The notes beneath the pieces were generated by a model. The model saw only the letters and a list, made by a program, of their open reading frames with translations. It was not told where the DNA came from and made no database searches. Below are positions 17,301 to 27,294 of a stretch of DNA of 42,775 nucleotides, piece by piece (the first letter of the stretch is position 1; the number at the start of each line of letters is the position of its first letter). The position numbers were made by a program, and so were the translations under genes. This DNA comes from Limisphaerales bacterium (GTDB taxonomy: Bacteria; Verrucomicrobiota; Verrucomicrobiia; Limisphaerales; SIBE01), in NCBI GenBank assembly GCA_044225505.1, contig JBGAIN010000063.1, positions 1 to 42,775 of the forward strand, read 5' to 3'.

Positions 17301-18593
17301 ATGACTTTCTCGAAAACGCTGAGTCGTTGTCTTTTTCGCCGGGTGTTCCCGGCCATTGTGTTCACCAGTCTGGCTTACGTGGACATTCGTGCCAACGATT
17401 GGGCACAGTGGCGTGGGCCTCAACGCAACGGCGTGTCCGAAGAAACAGGACTTCTTCAAGAATGGCCGAAAGAGGGTCCCAAGCTTCTCTGGAAAGTCAG
17501 CGACGTCGGACGTGGGTATAGCGCCCCCGCCGTCAAGGGAAACACGCTCTATCTGATCGGCAACGACGGGCTTAGCAATGAGTTTGTCCAAGCCATTTCC
17601 GTTCACGATGGCCACCGGCTTTGGCGAACCCGATTAGGCGAGGTGGGCAACCCCAAACAGAATCCCAGCTTCCCCGCTGCGCGTTCGACTCCAACCGTAG
17701 ACGGAGACACTCTCTATGCATTGAGTTCTGACGGCGTCATGGCTTGTGTCGATGTGGCTGAGGGTAAGATTCGTTGGCAAAAGAACGTTCGCACAGAATT
17801 CGGAGGACGTCCGGGCGAGTGGTCCTATTCAGAGTCGCCGCTAGTCGATGGAGATCAGGTGGTGTGCACCCCTGGCGGAAGTGAGGCCACCCTGCTAGCT
17901 CTGAACAAACACACCGGTGACCTCGTTTGGAAAAGCGTGTTGCCAGAGGCTGATACCGCCGCGTTTGCCTCAGCCATCGTTGTTGAGTTGGGTGGAATCC
18001 GACAGTACGTCCAACTTCTTCAAAAGGGGCTGGTCGGAGTTGAAGCCACGACGGGCAAAATGTTGTGGCGTTATCAAAAGCCGGTCAGTGTCTACGGGGC
18101 GAACATCCCGACGCCCGTGGCTAGCGGTCCCTACGTCTACTGCGCTTCCGCAGGCACTGGCGGAGGGACGATCAAGCTGAAGGTTAACGACGGTCGACTT
18201 GAGATCGAACCGGTCTATTTTGGACCCAAATACCCGACAGCAATTGGCGGCGCAGTGGCGGTGGATGGCGTCCTTTACGGCACTGCCGCACAGGCCTTGT
18301 TGTGCATTGACTTTGCGACAGGCCAGGTGAAGTGGGAAGCGCGCTCGATCGCACCCGCCGCGCTCCTGGTGGCCGATCATCGTCTTTATCTTCGCGGTGA
18401 AAACGGTGAGGTAGGCTTGGCTACGTTATCGCAAAAGGGATATGAGGAGAAAGGGCGTTTTACGCCATCGGATCAACCGAAACCCACGCAGCAAATGGAA
18501 AGGTCATGGGCTTACCCAGTAGTGGCGAACGGGTGTCTTTACCTGCGGGATCACGACCGACTGTGGGCATATGACATTCGACGGGCGCCGTAA
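17301..18593 (+). CDS. PQQ-binding-like (BamB-family) beta-propeller protein
   Basis: Signal peptide, then 'DWAQWRGPQRNG...WPKEGPKLLW', 'RSTPTVDG', repeated 'G...W' blades and C-terminal 'WAYPVVANGCLYLRD'. Confidence 0.9.
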   Translation: MTFSKTLSRCLFRRVFPAIVFTSLAYVDIRANDWAQWRGPQRNGVSEETGLLQEWPKEGPKLLWKVSDVGRGYSAPAVKGNTLYLIGNDGLSNEFVQAISVHDGHRLWRTRLGEVGNPKQNPSFPAARSTPTVDGDTLYALSSDGVMACVDVAEGKIRWQKNVRTEFGGRPGEWSYSESPLVDGDQVVCTPGGSEATLLALNKHTGDLVWKSVLPEADTAAFASAIVVELGGIRQYVQLLQKGLVGVEATTGKMLWRYQKPVSVYGANIPTPVASGPYVYCASAGTGGGTIKLKVNDGRLEIEPVYFGPKYPTAIGGAVAVDGVLYGTAAQALLCIDFATGQVKWEARSIAPAALLVADHRLYLRGENGEVGLATLSQKGYEEKGRFTPSDQPKPTQQMERSWAYPVVANGCLYLRDHDRLWAYDIRRAP

Positions 18594-18769
18594 TAGGATA
18601 TCCAATGACGTTGAACCCTCGGAAAATGGTTTGAATGGGCTTCCGCAATTTACTGTTTCGAGCTGGACGAAACACCCCCGCGCGATGCCCTGCCCTATTT
18701 GGACTTTATGAGCGTCTAAAGCTCGTCGTAGAGCCGGTTCTGTTCACGAATTGAGAGGGCTCGGTGAAT

Positions 18770-19559
18770 TCAATGTCGCTCCATTCCGCGGAAGCGACCG
18801 ATAGCCACCGTCCCGACAATGGAACTCAGAATAATCAAAGTCGACAATGCATTGACGTCAGACGTAATACCACGTTTTACCGATGAATAGATAAGGATCG
18901 GCAAGGTTGTCGCTCCTGGTCCCGCAGTAAAGAAGCTGATAACGAAATCATCGATACTAAGGGTGAAAGCCAGAGCAGCGCCCGCCAATACCCCGGGCGC
19001 CATCAATGGTAAAGTCACGCCTCGAAAGGCTTGCCAACTGTTGGCTCCCAAATTGGGCGGCCTCCTCGATCGTTGGATCTAAACCGACCAATCCGAGCGG
19101 ACGACGACGTTGGCACGGGATTTGGCAAGACGTGCGCAGATGATCATGGCTGGTAAGCCAAGTTCAAAATAACGGTCCAATCTCTTTGTCGGGCAAAGAT
19201 GGCGGCGATCGCCAGCGCATCGACGATTTCAGAATGACAATCTGGGGACATGAACAGAGCCATTGAGAAAACCCGGTTTTCCGGGAAAACGATAACGGCT
19301 CAGTCCGTAGCCCAAGAGAGTTACCGAGCACAGTTGATATCACCGTGCTGGTGGCTGCGAGGATGAGGGTGTTCCGAACCGCGGAGAGTTTCTCTGGACT
19401 GCTCCAAAGCGTGCCGTACCAGTCAACGGTGAACCCTTTCCAAGGACCACCACGTTTTGCTGCATTGAAAGAATACAGCACGACCACGAGAATCGGAGCG
19501 TAGAGAAATGCGTAGATCATCCCTGCACCGCACCATAACCACCAAGCCGGCTTTTTCAT
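18770..19559 (-). CDS. potC: Spermidine/putrescine ABC permease PotC (several apparent frameshifts at ~19050-19330)
   Basis: N-terminal 'FLYAPILVVVLYSFN...FTVDWY'. C-terminal EAA loop and 'FTLSIDDFVISFF'. Start overlaps the potB stop. The middle is split across frames. Confidence 0.8.
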
Positions 19560-20473
19560 AAAAGCGATCGCCGGCCTTCCTCCCCGGTCGCACGCGAGAA
19601 CCACCAAAGCCCGGCCAGAACGATCAGCATGGCTAACGTCGCAATGGCCGATCCGAACGGCCAATCCCTGCTGAATCCGAACTGCTGTTGAATCGCATTA
19701 CCGAGCAGAACCGTCTTGGCACCGCCCATGAGATCTGGAATGACAAACTGGCCGGTTGCAGAGATGAATACTAGCAACCCCCCGGCCAAAAGGCCGGGTT
19801 TGATTTGGGGGAGCAGGGCGTGTCGGAAAACGGCCCAGCCCGGAGCGCCTAGGTCGCTGGCGGCCTCGGCAATGGTCCAATCAATTTTTTCGACGGAGGC
19901 GAAGAGAGGGAGGACGAGTAGCGGCAAGAAATCGCACGTTAGAACAACGCCCACAGCCAAAGTGCTGGGATAGAGCGCTTCACCGGAATGAATCAAGCCC
20001 AAAGAGGCTGCGAGACGCGCCAGAAAACTCGTGTTGGAAAGCAGAATCTGCCATGCGTAGGTGCGGATCAGCATATTGGACCAAAATGGAATAACCACGA
20101 ACATGAGCGCGGCCTGTTGCCGACGTCCCGACAATCCCGCGATGAAAAAACTCAGAGGCAATCCCGCGCCGACGCACAGCATCGTCGTCGCTGCTGCCAG
20201 AGCCAAGCTGCGAAGAACAATTTTCGGATAAAGTGGGTCAAATCCAAAAGGACCAAAGCCAAGAAATCGGCGATAGTTTTCAAGAGTAAATTGCCACTGC
20301 ACATCGCCGTAGACGCCGCGGGTGGCAAAGCTGCAAGCCAAGATAAAGCCCAACGGCACGAGCATGAACAGTGTTACCCAAGCCAAGCCAGGTCCACTCG
20401 TCAGGGCGGACCGACGAAGTTCGCCGCTCCGGGTGAGGTGTTCGCCAAATTCAACTTTGCCTGGATCAATCAT
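19556..20473 (-). CDS. potB: Spermidine/putrescine ABC permease PotB
   Basis: 'FTLENY', 'IPFWSNMLIRTYAW', 'EAASDLGA', 'RDWPFGSA'. Confidence 0.9.
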   Translation of the reverse strand: MIDPGKVEFGEHLTRSGELRRSALTSGPGLAWVTLFMLVPLGFILACSFATRGVYGDVQWQFTLENYRRFLGFGPFGFDPLYPKIVLRSLALAAATTMLCVGAGLPLSFFIAGLSGRRQQAALMFVVIPFWSNMLIRTYAWQILLSNTSFLARLAASLGLIHSGEALYPSTLAVGVVLTCDFLPLLVLPLFASVEKIDWTIAEAASDLGAPGWAVFRHALLPQIKPGLLAGGLLVFISATGQFVIPDLMGGAKTVLLGNAIQQQFGFSRDWPFGSAIATLAMLIVLAGLWWFSRATGEEGRRSLL

Positions 20474-21545
20474 CAAGAACAATCAGAGCGCTTGCTGGGA
20501 GGTAGGCCCACGCCTCGCCGCCCGGGGCGAGTGTCACCGGAGATGCGTCGGTGTTCAACTGCTCGGCACGAAGGGAAAGGGAGCTCGCTCGCAAGGTATA
20601 ATGAGTTTCAGCTCCGACATAGATGCATTGTTCAATACGCACCGCGACGACATTGCGCTGCCCAAGCGAGGGTCTCTCGAGGAGTTGAATTTTTTCGGGA
20701 CGAATAGCGAGGGTAACTTTGTCGCGCGTCGGGAGGTTGGCGTGAACGTGTAAGTCACCAAAAGCTGTGGTGACAATCCCTTGCTCGCCATGTCGTTCTT
20801 TTATCTCTCCATCCAACAAAGTGCAACTCCCGAGAAACTGGCTAGCAAAACGAGATCGGGGATGTTCGTAGAGGGTGGCTGGGTCTCCGATTTGTTCGAT
20901 CTTACCATCGCGCATGACGGCGATACGATCACTTAAAACTAAAGCCTCTTCCTGATCGTGAGTTACATAGAGGAAGGTAATTCCAAGGCGCCGCTGGAAG
21001 CTTAAGAGCTCCACTTGAAGTTGCTTGCGCAACCTCGAGTCCAAAGCGGCCAGGGGCTCATCCAGCAAGAGCACGCGAGGCTCGTTGACTACGGCGCGTG
21101 CCAGCGCCACTCGTTGCTTTTGTCCCCCGGACAACTCCGCGGGTTTTCGATCTCCCAAATTGCCTATCTCAACCAATTCCATCATTCTCTCGACTCGTTG
21201 GCGAATCTCGGCTTCGGCGACCTTTTTCATGCGCAACCCGAAGGCAATGTTTGCACGGACGGTCAAGTGTGGAAACAGGGCGTAGGACTGAAAGACGGTG
21301 TTGACGGGTCGTCGATGGGCGGGAATACCTTGCGCTTCCTGGCCTGCAATCCGTATGACGCCCTCGGTTGTCACATCCAATCCAGCGATGAGGCGCAACA
21401 GCGTGGTCTTGCCGCAGCCAGAAGGGCCAAGAAGCGAAAAAAACTCTCCTTCACGAATGGCCAGATCTACCTGATCGAGCGCCTGGACGTTCCCGTAGCG
21501 CCGCGAGAGCTTTTCGACTTCCACTGCCCAGGGACGGATGCTCAT
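20466..21545 (-). CDS. potA: Spermidine/putrescine ABC ATP-binding protein PotA
   Basis: Walker A GPSGCGKT, 'RPVNTVFQSYALFPHL', LSGGQ, LLLDEP, VTHDQEEA, TOBE-like C-terminus. Confidence 0.92.
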   Translation of the reverse strand: MSIRPWAVEVEKLSRRYGNVQALDQVDLAIREGEFFSLLGPSGCGKTTLLRLIAGLDVTTEGVIRIAGQEAQGIPAHRRPVNTVFQSYALFPHLTVRANIAFGLRMKKVAEAEIRQRVERMMELVEIGNLGDRKPAELSGGQKQRVALARAVVNEPRVLLLDEPLAALDSRLRKQLQVELLSFQRRLGITFLYVTHDQEEALVLSDRIAVMRDGKIEQIGDPATLYEHPRSRFASQFLGSCTLLDGEIKERHGEQGIVTTAFGDLHVHANLPTRDKVTLAIRPEKIQLLERPSLGQRNVVAVRIEQCIYVGAETHYTLRASSLSLRAEQLNTDASPVTLAPGGEAWAYLPASALIVLDD

Positions 21546-21636
21546 TGTTGGAGGGGACAGCTAGCAAATCTGGCGCCGAGTTTCACGCAAAAAAAAGTGA
21601 TATCCCCTTTGACGCCCTTCTTCGGTTTGGACCCCG

Positions 21637-21654
21637 ACTTCATCTTGCCTTAAG
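21637..21654 (+). promoter_or_regulatory. OmpR-family-type tandem box upstream of the histidine kinase
   Basis: ACTTCAT-cttgc-CTTAAG (half-sites 11 bp apart), with TAGGGT (-10-like) 11 bp downstream. The same box precedes the response regulator. Confidence 0.6.
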
Positions 21655-21703
21655 CTAACTTGCCTTAGGGTGTGGCGCAGACCACCGCCGAACTGAGCGG
21701 GAA

Positions 21704-23215
21704 ATGAACCGAATTTTCAAGTCCATACGCTGGCGCTTACAGATCTGGCACGGCTTGATCCTGTTGCTGGTTCTGGCAGCCTTCAGCTGCACGGCCTATC
21801 TGCTGGCCAAAGACAATCGTCAGCGACGGATTGACCAGGAATTGCAGCGCCAAGCTTCCGCCCTGATGGATCATCTACGCCCGTTCGATCCTCCATCACG
21901 GGGTCGAGGTTTTGGGCCGCCCGGTTTTTTTCCCCAGAAGCCCGGTCACGGCGAACGAGGCTTTGGCGGCCGCATGGATGGTGATCCGCGCAACCTTTCA
22001 AAACCCATCGATTTTCTTAACATCGAACGCCAGGGTCTACGCCAAGGGACAAGCTCTGCGTCCTTTTACTTTGCGGTTTGGTCACCCGACGACAAACTAA
22101 TTCATCGAAGCGCTGGCAGCCCGGAGAATATTAAGATGCCAGGCAACGAACTGGTACCTTTGCAGCCAGTCATCCATACGATCGGCGAACTGCGTGAACT
22201 GATGCAAGTGAACCGGCGTGGATACCGTATCCTTGTCGGACACGACCTCGGGCCGGATCACGCGGAACTCGAGCTTCTCGCGCTTCGTTTAGGGATGGCG
22301 GCTTTCGCTGTTTTGGGAGTTGGCTTGGCTTGTGGATGGTGGCTGGCAGCCCGCGCAATTCAGCCGATCCGCTATATCAGCGTGGCGGCGGAAAAGATCG
22401 CGGCTGGAAATTTGTCCGAGCGCATTAATCTGAAAGAGACGGATGATGAGTTCGGCCAATTAGCAGGAGTCCTGAACACGACGTTTACGCGGCTGGAAGC
22501 CGCCTTTGCGCGTCAGAGCCGCTTCACTGCGGACGCCTCGCACGAACTGCGGACGCCGGTATCCGTCGTGCTCTCGCAAACTCAGTTGGCGCTCTCCCGC
22601 GAGCGATCCGCCGCAGAGTATCAGCAGTCGTTGCAAGTGTGTCAGCGTGCGGCCAAAAAAATGCGTCAACTCATCGAGTCCTTGCTTCTCCTGGCTCGCC
22701 TTGACTCAGCGGGAGAAGATCTGAAACGGGAATCCTGCGATCTGAAAGCCGTCACGGAAGACGTCCTAGAGATGCTTCGGCCGATCGCCGCTGAGCACCG
22801 GGTTCAAATCTCCGCCACGTTGATTTCAGTCCCCTTCCTTGGCCAAGTGGGACAAGTTAGCCAAGTCATCACCAACTTAGTGGCAAATGCCATTTTTTAT
22901 AACAAACCGGGCGGAGAGGTCCGAGTGGGCCTGACCGAGAACGAGTTGGAAGTGGAGATCACCATTGCCGACACAGGTCAGGGCATCTCAGCGGAGGATT
23001 TGCCGCACATTTTCGATCGCTTCTTTCGGGCCGACAAAGCTCGTGGCGGTTCAGAAGGGCATACTGGGCTCGGTCTGGCGATCGCGCGAAGCATCGTCGA
23101 ATCGCATCGCGGAAGCATCTCTGTCACGAGTGAGCTTAATGTCGGAACTTGCTTTGTTGTTCGACTTCCCAAAGTGATGATCGAGCCGACGAAACCGTTC
23201 TACTCAATACAATAA
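21704..23215 (+). CDS. Membrane sensor histidine kinase (HAMP-HisKA-HATPase)
   Basis: Two TM segments, HAMP, H-box 'FTADASHELRTP', N-box 'NLVANAIFYN', G1 'DTGQGI', F 'IFDRFFR', G2 'GLGLAIA'. Confidence 0.95.
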   Translation: MNRIFKSIRWRLQIWHGLILLLVLAAFSCTAYLLAKDNRQRRIDQELQRQASALMDHLRPFDPPSRGRGFGPPGFFPQKPGHGERGFGGRMDGDPRNLSKPIDFLNIERQGLRQGTSSASFYFAVWSPDDKLIHRSAGSPENIKMPGNELVPLQPVIHTIGELRELMQVNRRGYRILVGHDLGPDHAELELLALRLGMAAFAVLGVGLACGWWLAARAIQPIRYISVAAEKIAAGNLSERINLKETDDEFGQLAGVLNTTFTRLEAAFARQSRFTADASHELRTPVSVVLSQTQLALSRERSAAEYQQSLQVCQRAAKKMRQLIESLLLLARLDSAGEDLKRESCDLKAVTEDVLEMLRPIAAEHRVQISATLISVPFLGQVGQVSQVITNLVANAIFYNKPGGEVRVGLTENELEVEITIADTGQGISAEDLPHIFDRFFRADKARGGSEGHTGLGLAIARSIVESHRGSISVTSELNVGTCFVVRLPKVMIEPTKPFYSIQ

Positions 23216-23850
23216 CCATGACCGCGGCGGGTCTGAATAAACTCGTGACCCAATTTTTTGCGAATATTCGAGACGTGAACGTCCAGCAGATTAGAGAGAG
23301 AGTTTTCCTCTTCGTCGAAGAGATGCTCGTAGAGCTCCGTTCGCGTCACCACTTTCCCTTGGTGCAAAGCCATATACTCGACAAGCGAGTATTCTCGGGC
23401 GGTCAAAGTCACGGCCTCGCCGGACCGCGAAACGAGCCTTGCGGCGGTGTCGATCCGCACATCTCGGATAGCTATCTGCGGCAGTGCTTCTCCGGCTTGG
23501 CGTCGAATCAGGGCTCGAATGCGAGCGAGCAATTCGTCCAGGTCAAATGGTTTGACTAGATAATCGTCGGCACCGGCGTCGAGTCCGCGCACCCGGTCGG
23601 GCACCGTATCTCGGGCCGTGAGCATAAGGACAGGAGTTTTCTTCTTCAGACGCAAGCGCCGCAGGAATTCCCAACCGTCAATCCGTGGCAGCATGACATC
23701 CAACACGATCAGGTCATACGTCCACGTCTCGGCTTTATACAAACCCTCCTGCCCGTCTTCGGCCACGTCAACCGCGTAGCCTTCCTCACGCAGCGCCTGC
23801 GACAAGCTCCGGAGCAAGTCTGGCTCGTCTTCAACGACTAGAATTCTCAT
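23200..23850 (-). CDS. OmpR/PhoB-family response regulator
   Basis: 'MRILVVEDE', 'LDVMLP', 'GADDYLVKPF', winged helix 'LTAREY...LDVHVSNIRKKLG...TRRGHGY'. Confidence 0.95.
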   Translation of the reverse strand: MRILVVEDEPDLLRSLSQALREEGYAVDVAEDGQEGLYKAETWTYDLIVLDVMLPRIDGWEFLRRLRLKKKTPVLMLTARDTVPDRVRGLDAGADDYLVKPFDLDELLARIRALIRRQAGEALPQIAIRDVRIDTAARLVSRSGEAVTLTAREYSLVEYMALHQGKVVTRTELYEHLFDEEENSLSNLLDVHVSNIRKKLGHEFIQTRRGHGYCIE

Positions 23851-23915
23851 GGTAAATCGGATGCTAATCAGTCACGGGCTCGAGTCCGACACGCGCCTAG
23901 GACAGCATCACTTCC

Positions 23916-23933
23916 ATTAAGAGATCATGAAGT
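23916..23933 (-). promoter_or_regulatory. OmpR-family-type tandem box upstream of the response regulator
   Basis: Minus strand reads ACTTCAT-gatct-CTTAAT, matching the box at 21637-21654. Confidence 0.6.
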
Positions 23934-23984
23934 TACGGGCCGGATGCTCTGTCGGCTCGCCAAGGCCCAAACCGCGCAGCTAGA

Positions 23985-25421
23985 TCATGGGATGGGATCG
24001 GTTGACCAGGTTAATGTCATGATGGAAGAAGGACTGATCGCTGTCTGAAGGCCTCGGTTGCTGGCTCGGACTTCGAAACGCTGCGTCTCTGGGAGCAGAT
24101 TCACAACCACCAGCACAATCGTTCCATCAGGGTTTCTGAACGCCACTTGTTTCAGATGAGGCGGGCCCCCATGGCTCTCAATACGCTGCGCACCACGGGC
24201 TGCAAACTTCATAAAGTGGCCGTAGAGATAATACTCCAATAGATACGTTGGTTTCTGTTTCGCAGTATCCCACCGAACGATCGCGTGAGTGGCAGGGAAC
24301 GGTCCATTGTTGGGCTTTCCGTTCTCATCCAGGACGGTCACCCAAGCGTTGTAGGAACACGCCCAGTTTCGTAAGCGATCGACCAACTCAGCGGCACCCT
24401 CCATCCCGAATACCGAACCTTCTGTAAAATGAACCGGTTTGCCGCGGAATTCATCGTGGAACTGACTCATCGCAGTCGCCTTACCGGCATATCCGTGAAA
24501 CGCTACCCCGTCGACATAGCGCCATGCTTCCGGATCACTCAGGATAGTCCGAGGATACGCGAGTCCGGGATCATCCCCCGATGGAATCACCGTGTAGTTA
24601 TGGTCGTAACACCAAATCTGCGTCTTTAGACCAGCGCGGACAATCGCAGGGCCGAGATGGTCTCGGATAAAATCTCTCTCTTGTTCTGCGGTCCACCGGC
24701 AGGAAGGATAATGCCACTTCGGATCCTTCTCCAAGGAGCGATCGACCCCAGGCTCATTTTGAACCGTTACTGCATAGATTGGAATACCCGCCGCTTCGTA
24801 CGCTTGGATGAATCGCACGAAATACTGGGCGTAAGCTGGATAAAACTCCGGAAGTAACGCTCCTCCAATCATGGTCCCTGTCGACTTCATCCAGCCAGGT
24901 GGACTCCAAGGAGATGCGAAGAATAGCAATTCCTTGTTTGCCGCGAACGCGGCCTTGAGCACAGGCAAGATGTAAGCACGATCTCTATCAATGGAAAAGA
25001 ACCGCAAATCCGGATCCGTGCGGGAAGGTGGCATGTCATCGTAGGTATACCAAGCATCGCCCGTGAAGTCGGGGGTCCCGATGCAGATGCGCATTAAATT
25101 CATCCCGATTCCTCGGATTGGGTTGACTAAACGCTCGATGACTTCTTGGCGAGGTCCAGCGCCCATCGACCACAGGTTGGAGCATGTCGACGGTTCCAGT
25201 GACGAACCCAAGCCGAGCAGCGTCTGATAGCGCTGGCGGCTGTTGATGTTGATTGTGATTCGTTCAGATCGAACGAGCGGCCCAAAGACGACATCCGGTT
25301 TTGCCGCCATGGCCTCCGTCAGATCGGCGGTCGTCTGCCATCGGCGCGCCGTTTGAGCTGAAGTCGGCAGTAAGAGGCTGGCGGTGACGGCGACAATAAG
25401 ATGTTTGATGAAAATTCGCAT
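23985..25421 (-). CDS. Glycoside hydrolase family 30 (glucosylceramidase/beta-1,6-glucanase-like), secreted
   Basis: Signal peptide from ATG 25421. 'ASPWSPPGWMK', acid/base 'TVQNEP', 'AFHGY', nucleophile 'FTEG', C-terminal 'AFRNPDGTIVLVVVN'. Confidence 0.9.
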   Translation of the reverse strand: MRIFIKHLIVAVTASLLLPTSAQTARRWQTTADLTEAMAAKPDVVFGPLVRSERITININSRQRYQTLLGLGSSLEPSTCSNLWSMGAGPRQEVIERLVNPIRGIGMNLMRICIGTPDFTGDAWYTYDDMPPSRTDPDLRFFSIDRDRAYILPVLKAAFAANKELLFFASPWSPPGWMKSTGTMIGGALLPEFYPAYAQYFVRFIQAYEAAGIPIYAVTVQNEPGVDRSLEKDPKWHYPSCRWTAEQERDFIRDHLGPAIVRAGLKTQIWCYDHNYTVIPSGDDPGLAYPRTILSDPEAWRYVDGVAFHGYAGKATAMSQFHDEFRGKPVHFTEGSVFGMEGAAELVDRLRNWACSYNAWVTVLDENGKPNNGPFPATHAIVRWDTAKQKPTYLLEYYLYGHFMKFAARGAQRIESHGGPPHLKQVAFRNPDGTIVLVVVNLLPETQRFEVRASNRGLQTAISPSSIMTLTWSTDPIP

Positions 25422-25473
25422 GTGTATAGGACGCAACACGTCGCCGACAAAAATCGTGCGGCTATTGACTTTA

Positions 25474-27291
25474 CTAAGACTTTGCCTCGAAGGGAAGGTC
25501 GCGAAGTTGCGCCAAGCTTCGCTCCACAACTGGCACTAACTCCAGCAATTCCCGCGTCGACCGATGGGGGGCGTACCGTGCCTGATTGCACAGTTGAAAT
25601 AACTCATGTAGTTGTTGCACCAGTTCGTCGGGAGCACGGCGTCGCAGCTTTTCGTCCAAAACGGCCTCGGTAATGGCGGACGCGGGCAGATCCAGGCGCT
25701 CGCCGAGTTGCTCTTGCATCAGTCTAAAAACGGCTGCAAAAAACCCATCACTCTCGTTGGCTTGCGCTAGCTTCAACCCAGCTCGCGGGTGCCTCTTTTA
25801 CCTCTTCCGCGACCTGACGCCGCCGGCGTAGCCGTGGATTGCTTTGTAACGCGCTCTGACGGCGCTTCCAAATCCACGCGCCAAACCACGCGGCCAGTGG
25901 GACAAGTTGAAGTGAAACGAACCAGGGCCGCATGATGATCGGCTCTTGCAGAGACGTCACCACGCCGAGTAGGGCTTATTAGCGACCAGGCCCTGAGAAG
26001 GCGTTGCGGATTCTTCGGGCGGCTTATTCCCAGCGGAGACCATCGGGCGGGGCTCACCTCGCTCGCTCGCTTGAACGACAATAGGCAAGGCCGGACTTGT
26101 CACCGTCCGATACGCTTTCTGGTCTGGATCAAAGAACGCGAAGGCGATTGCCGGAATCTCTTTAACCTCACTGCCTTGAGGGATCACGACTCGCTCAAAG
26201 CTCTTCACTCCGGCAATGCCCAATGGATCGGCCGATTCTGTTTTGCTGGTAGGCGGATAGAGTTTGAAATTGGCCCAGTCCGGCCCGGCCGGGAAAGGGA
26301 GGGAGTCGAGATTGCCGCGTCCGGAGACCTGAAGGCGCAAGGTGATTGGATCACCTGCCGCGAGGTTGGTAGGGCTCGCGTGCGCCGTCAGAGCAAAGTT
26401 TCCGATCGCACCGTTGAAAGCAGCGGGGCGTCCAACCGTTGGCAACGCGTTGACCGTTATGATTTGCGGATCGCTCGCAACCGTGACAGGTGTGCGTTGA
26501 ACCCGCGGGCCGAAGAAATCCTCAAAAACGTCACGGCCCCGACGGTTGACGGGCACTTGGAGCGCGACATTACATTGGGCAGGCCCCAAACTTAGCTGGC
26601 CAGCCTTCACGGCGGTTGCGGTCATTTTGAATGGGAATACCACATACATTCGTCCGCCTAACTGGGTGCGCGTTCCGGTCGGTTGCGGGATCTTGCCAAA
26701 GACAAAGCCATCGCCCTGCAATTGGGGCATTTCCACGTTGTCATAATTCACACCGAGATAAAGCTGCACCTCGATGGGAAAAACCTCTCCAACGTAGACG
26801 TTCGTTTTTGGCGTAACCAGACGGAGAAAAGCTAATCTCCCAGCCCCATCCCCATTGTTTCCACCATTGCCACCCGAAGTGACACTCAAGCGCACTGCCG
26901 GAGCGGTCAAGTTTTCGGCTCCGACGACGGCTCCAAACGGCCCGATCACATAATCGCCTGCCTGTTTGGCAGACAGCGAAAACTGATGAGTAACCTTGGA
27001 ACTGGTGCGCCCGTTGACAATTGTCCATTGCTCTGACTTCCCGCCGTATTGGACAGATACGTTCGGCGGGGCTTGAATGGCCGGGACGGATGCTGGTGCG
27101 CCCCCCTCAAACACCAGAAACAACGTCACACCCTCGCCGACAGCCACCGCTTCCCGGTCCAGGCTCGCGGTTAGCGAAGCGCCGAACAAAAGACCGCCAC
27201 TGCTCGCGCACAGCACAATTCCCACCACCCACCGCCAGAGCCCTTGGCCTCTCGCCACAACTGAGTTGGGAACGACGATCCGATGACGCAT
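25474..27291 (-). CDS. batD: BatD family protein (apparent frameshifts near 25960 and 25780)
   Basis: Signal peptide, 'ASLDREAVAVGE', 'FNGAIGNF', 'GDPITLRLQVSGRGN', 'FFDP...Y'. TM and helical C-terminal parts continue in ORFs 25748-25963 and 25474-25776. Confidence 0.85.
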
Positions 27292-27294
27292 GGT

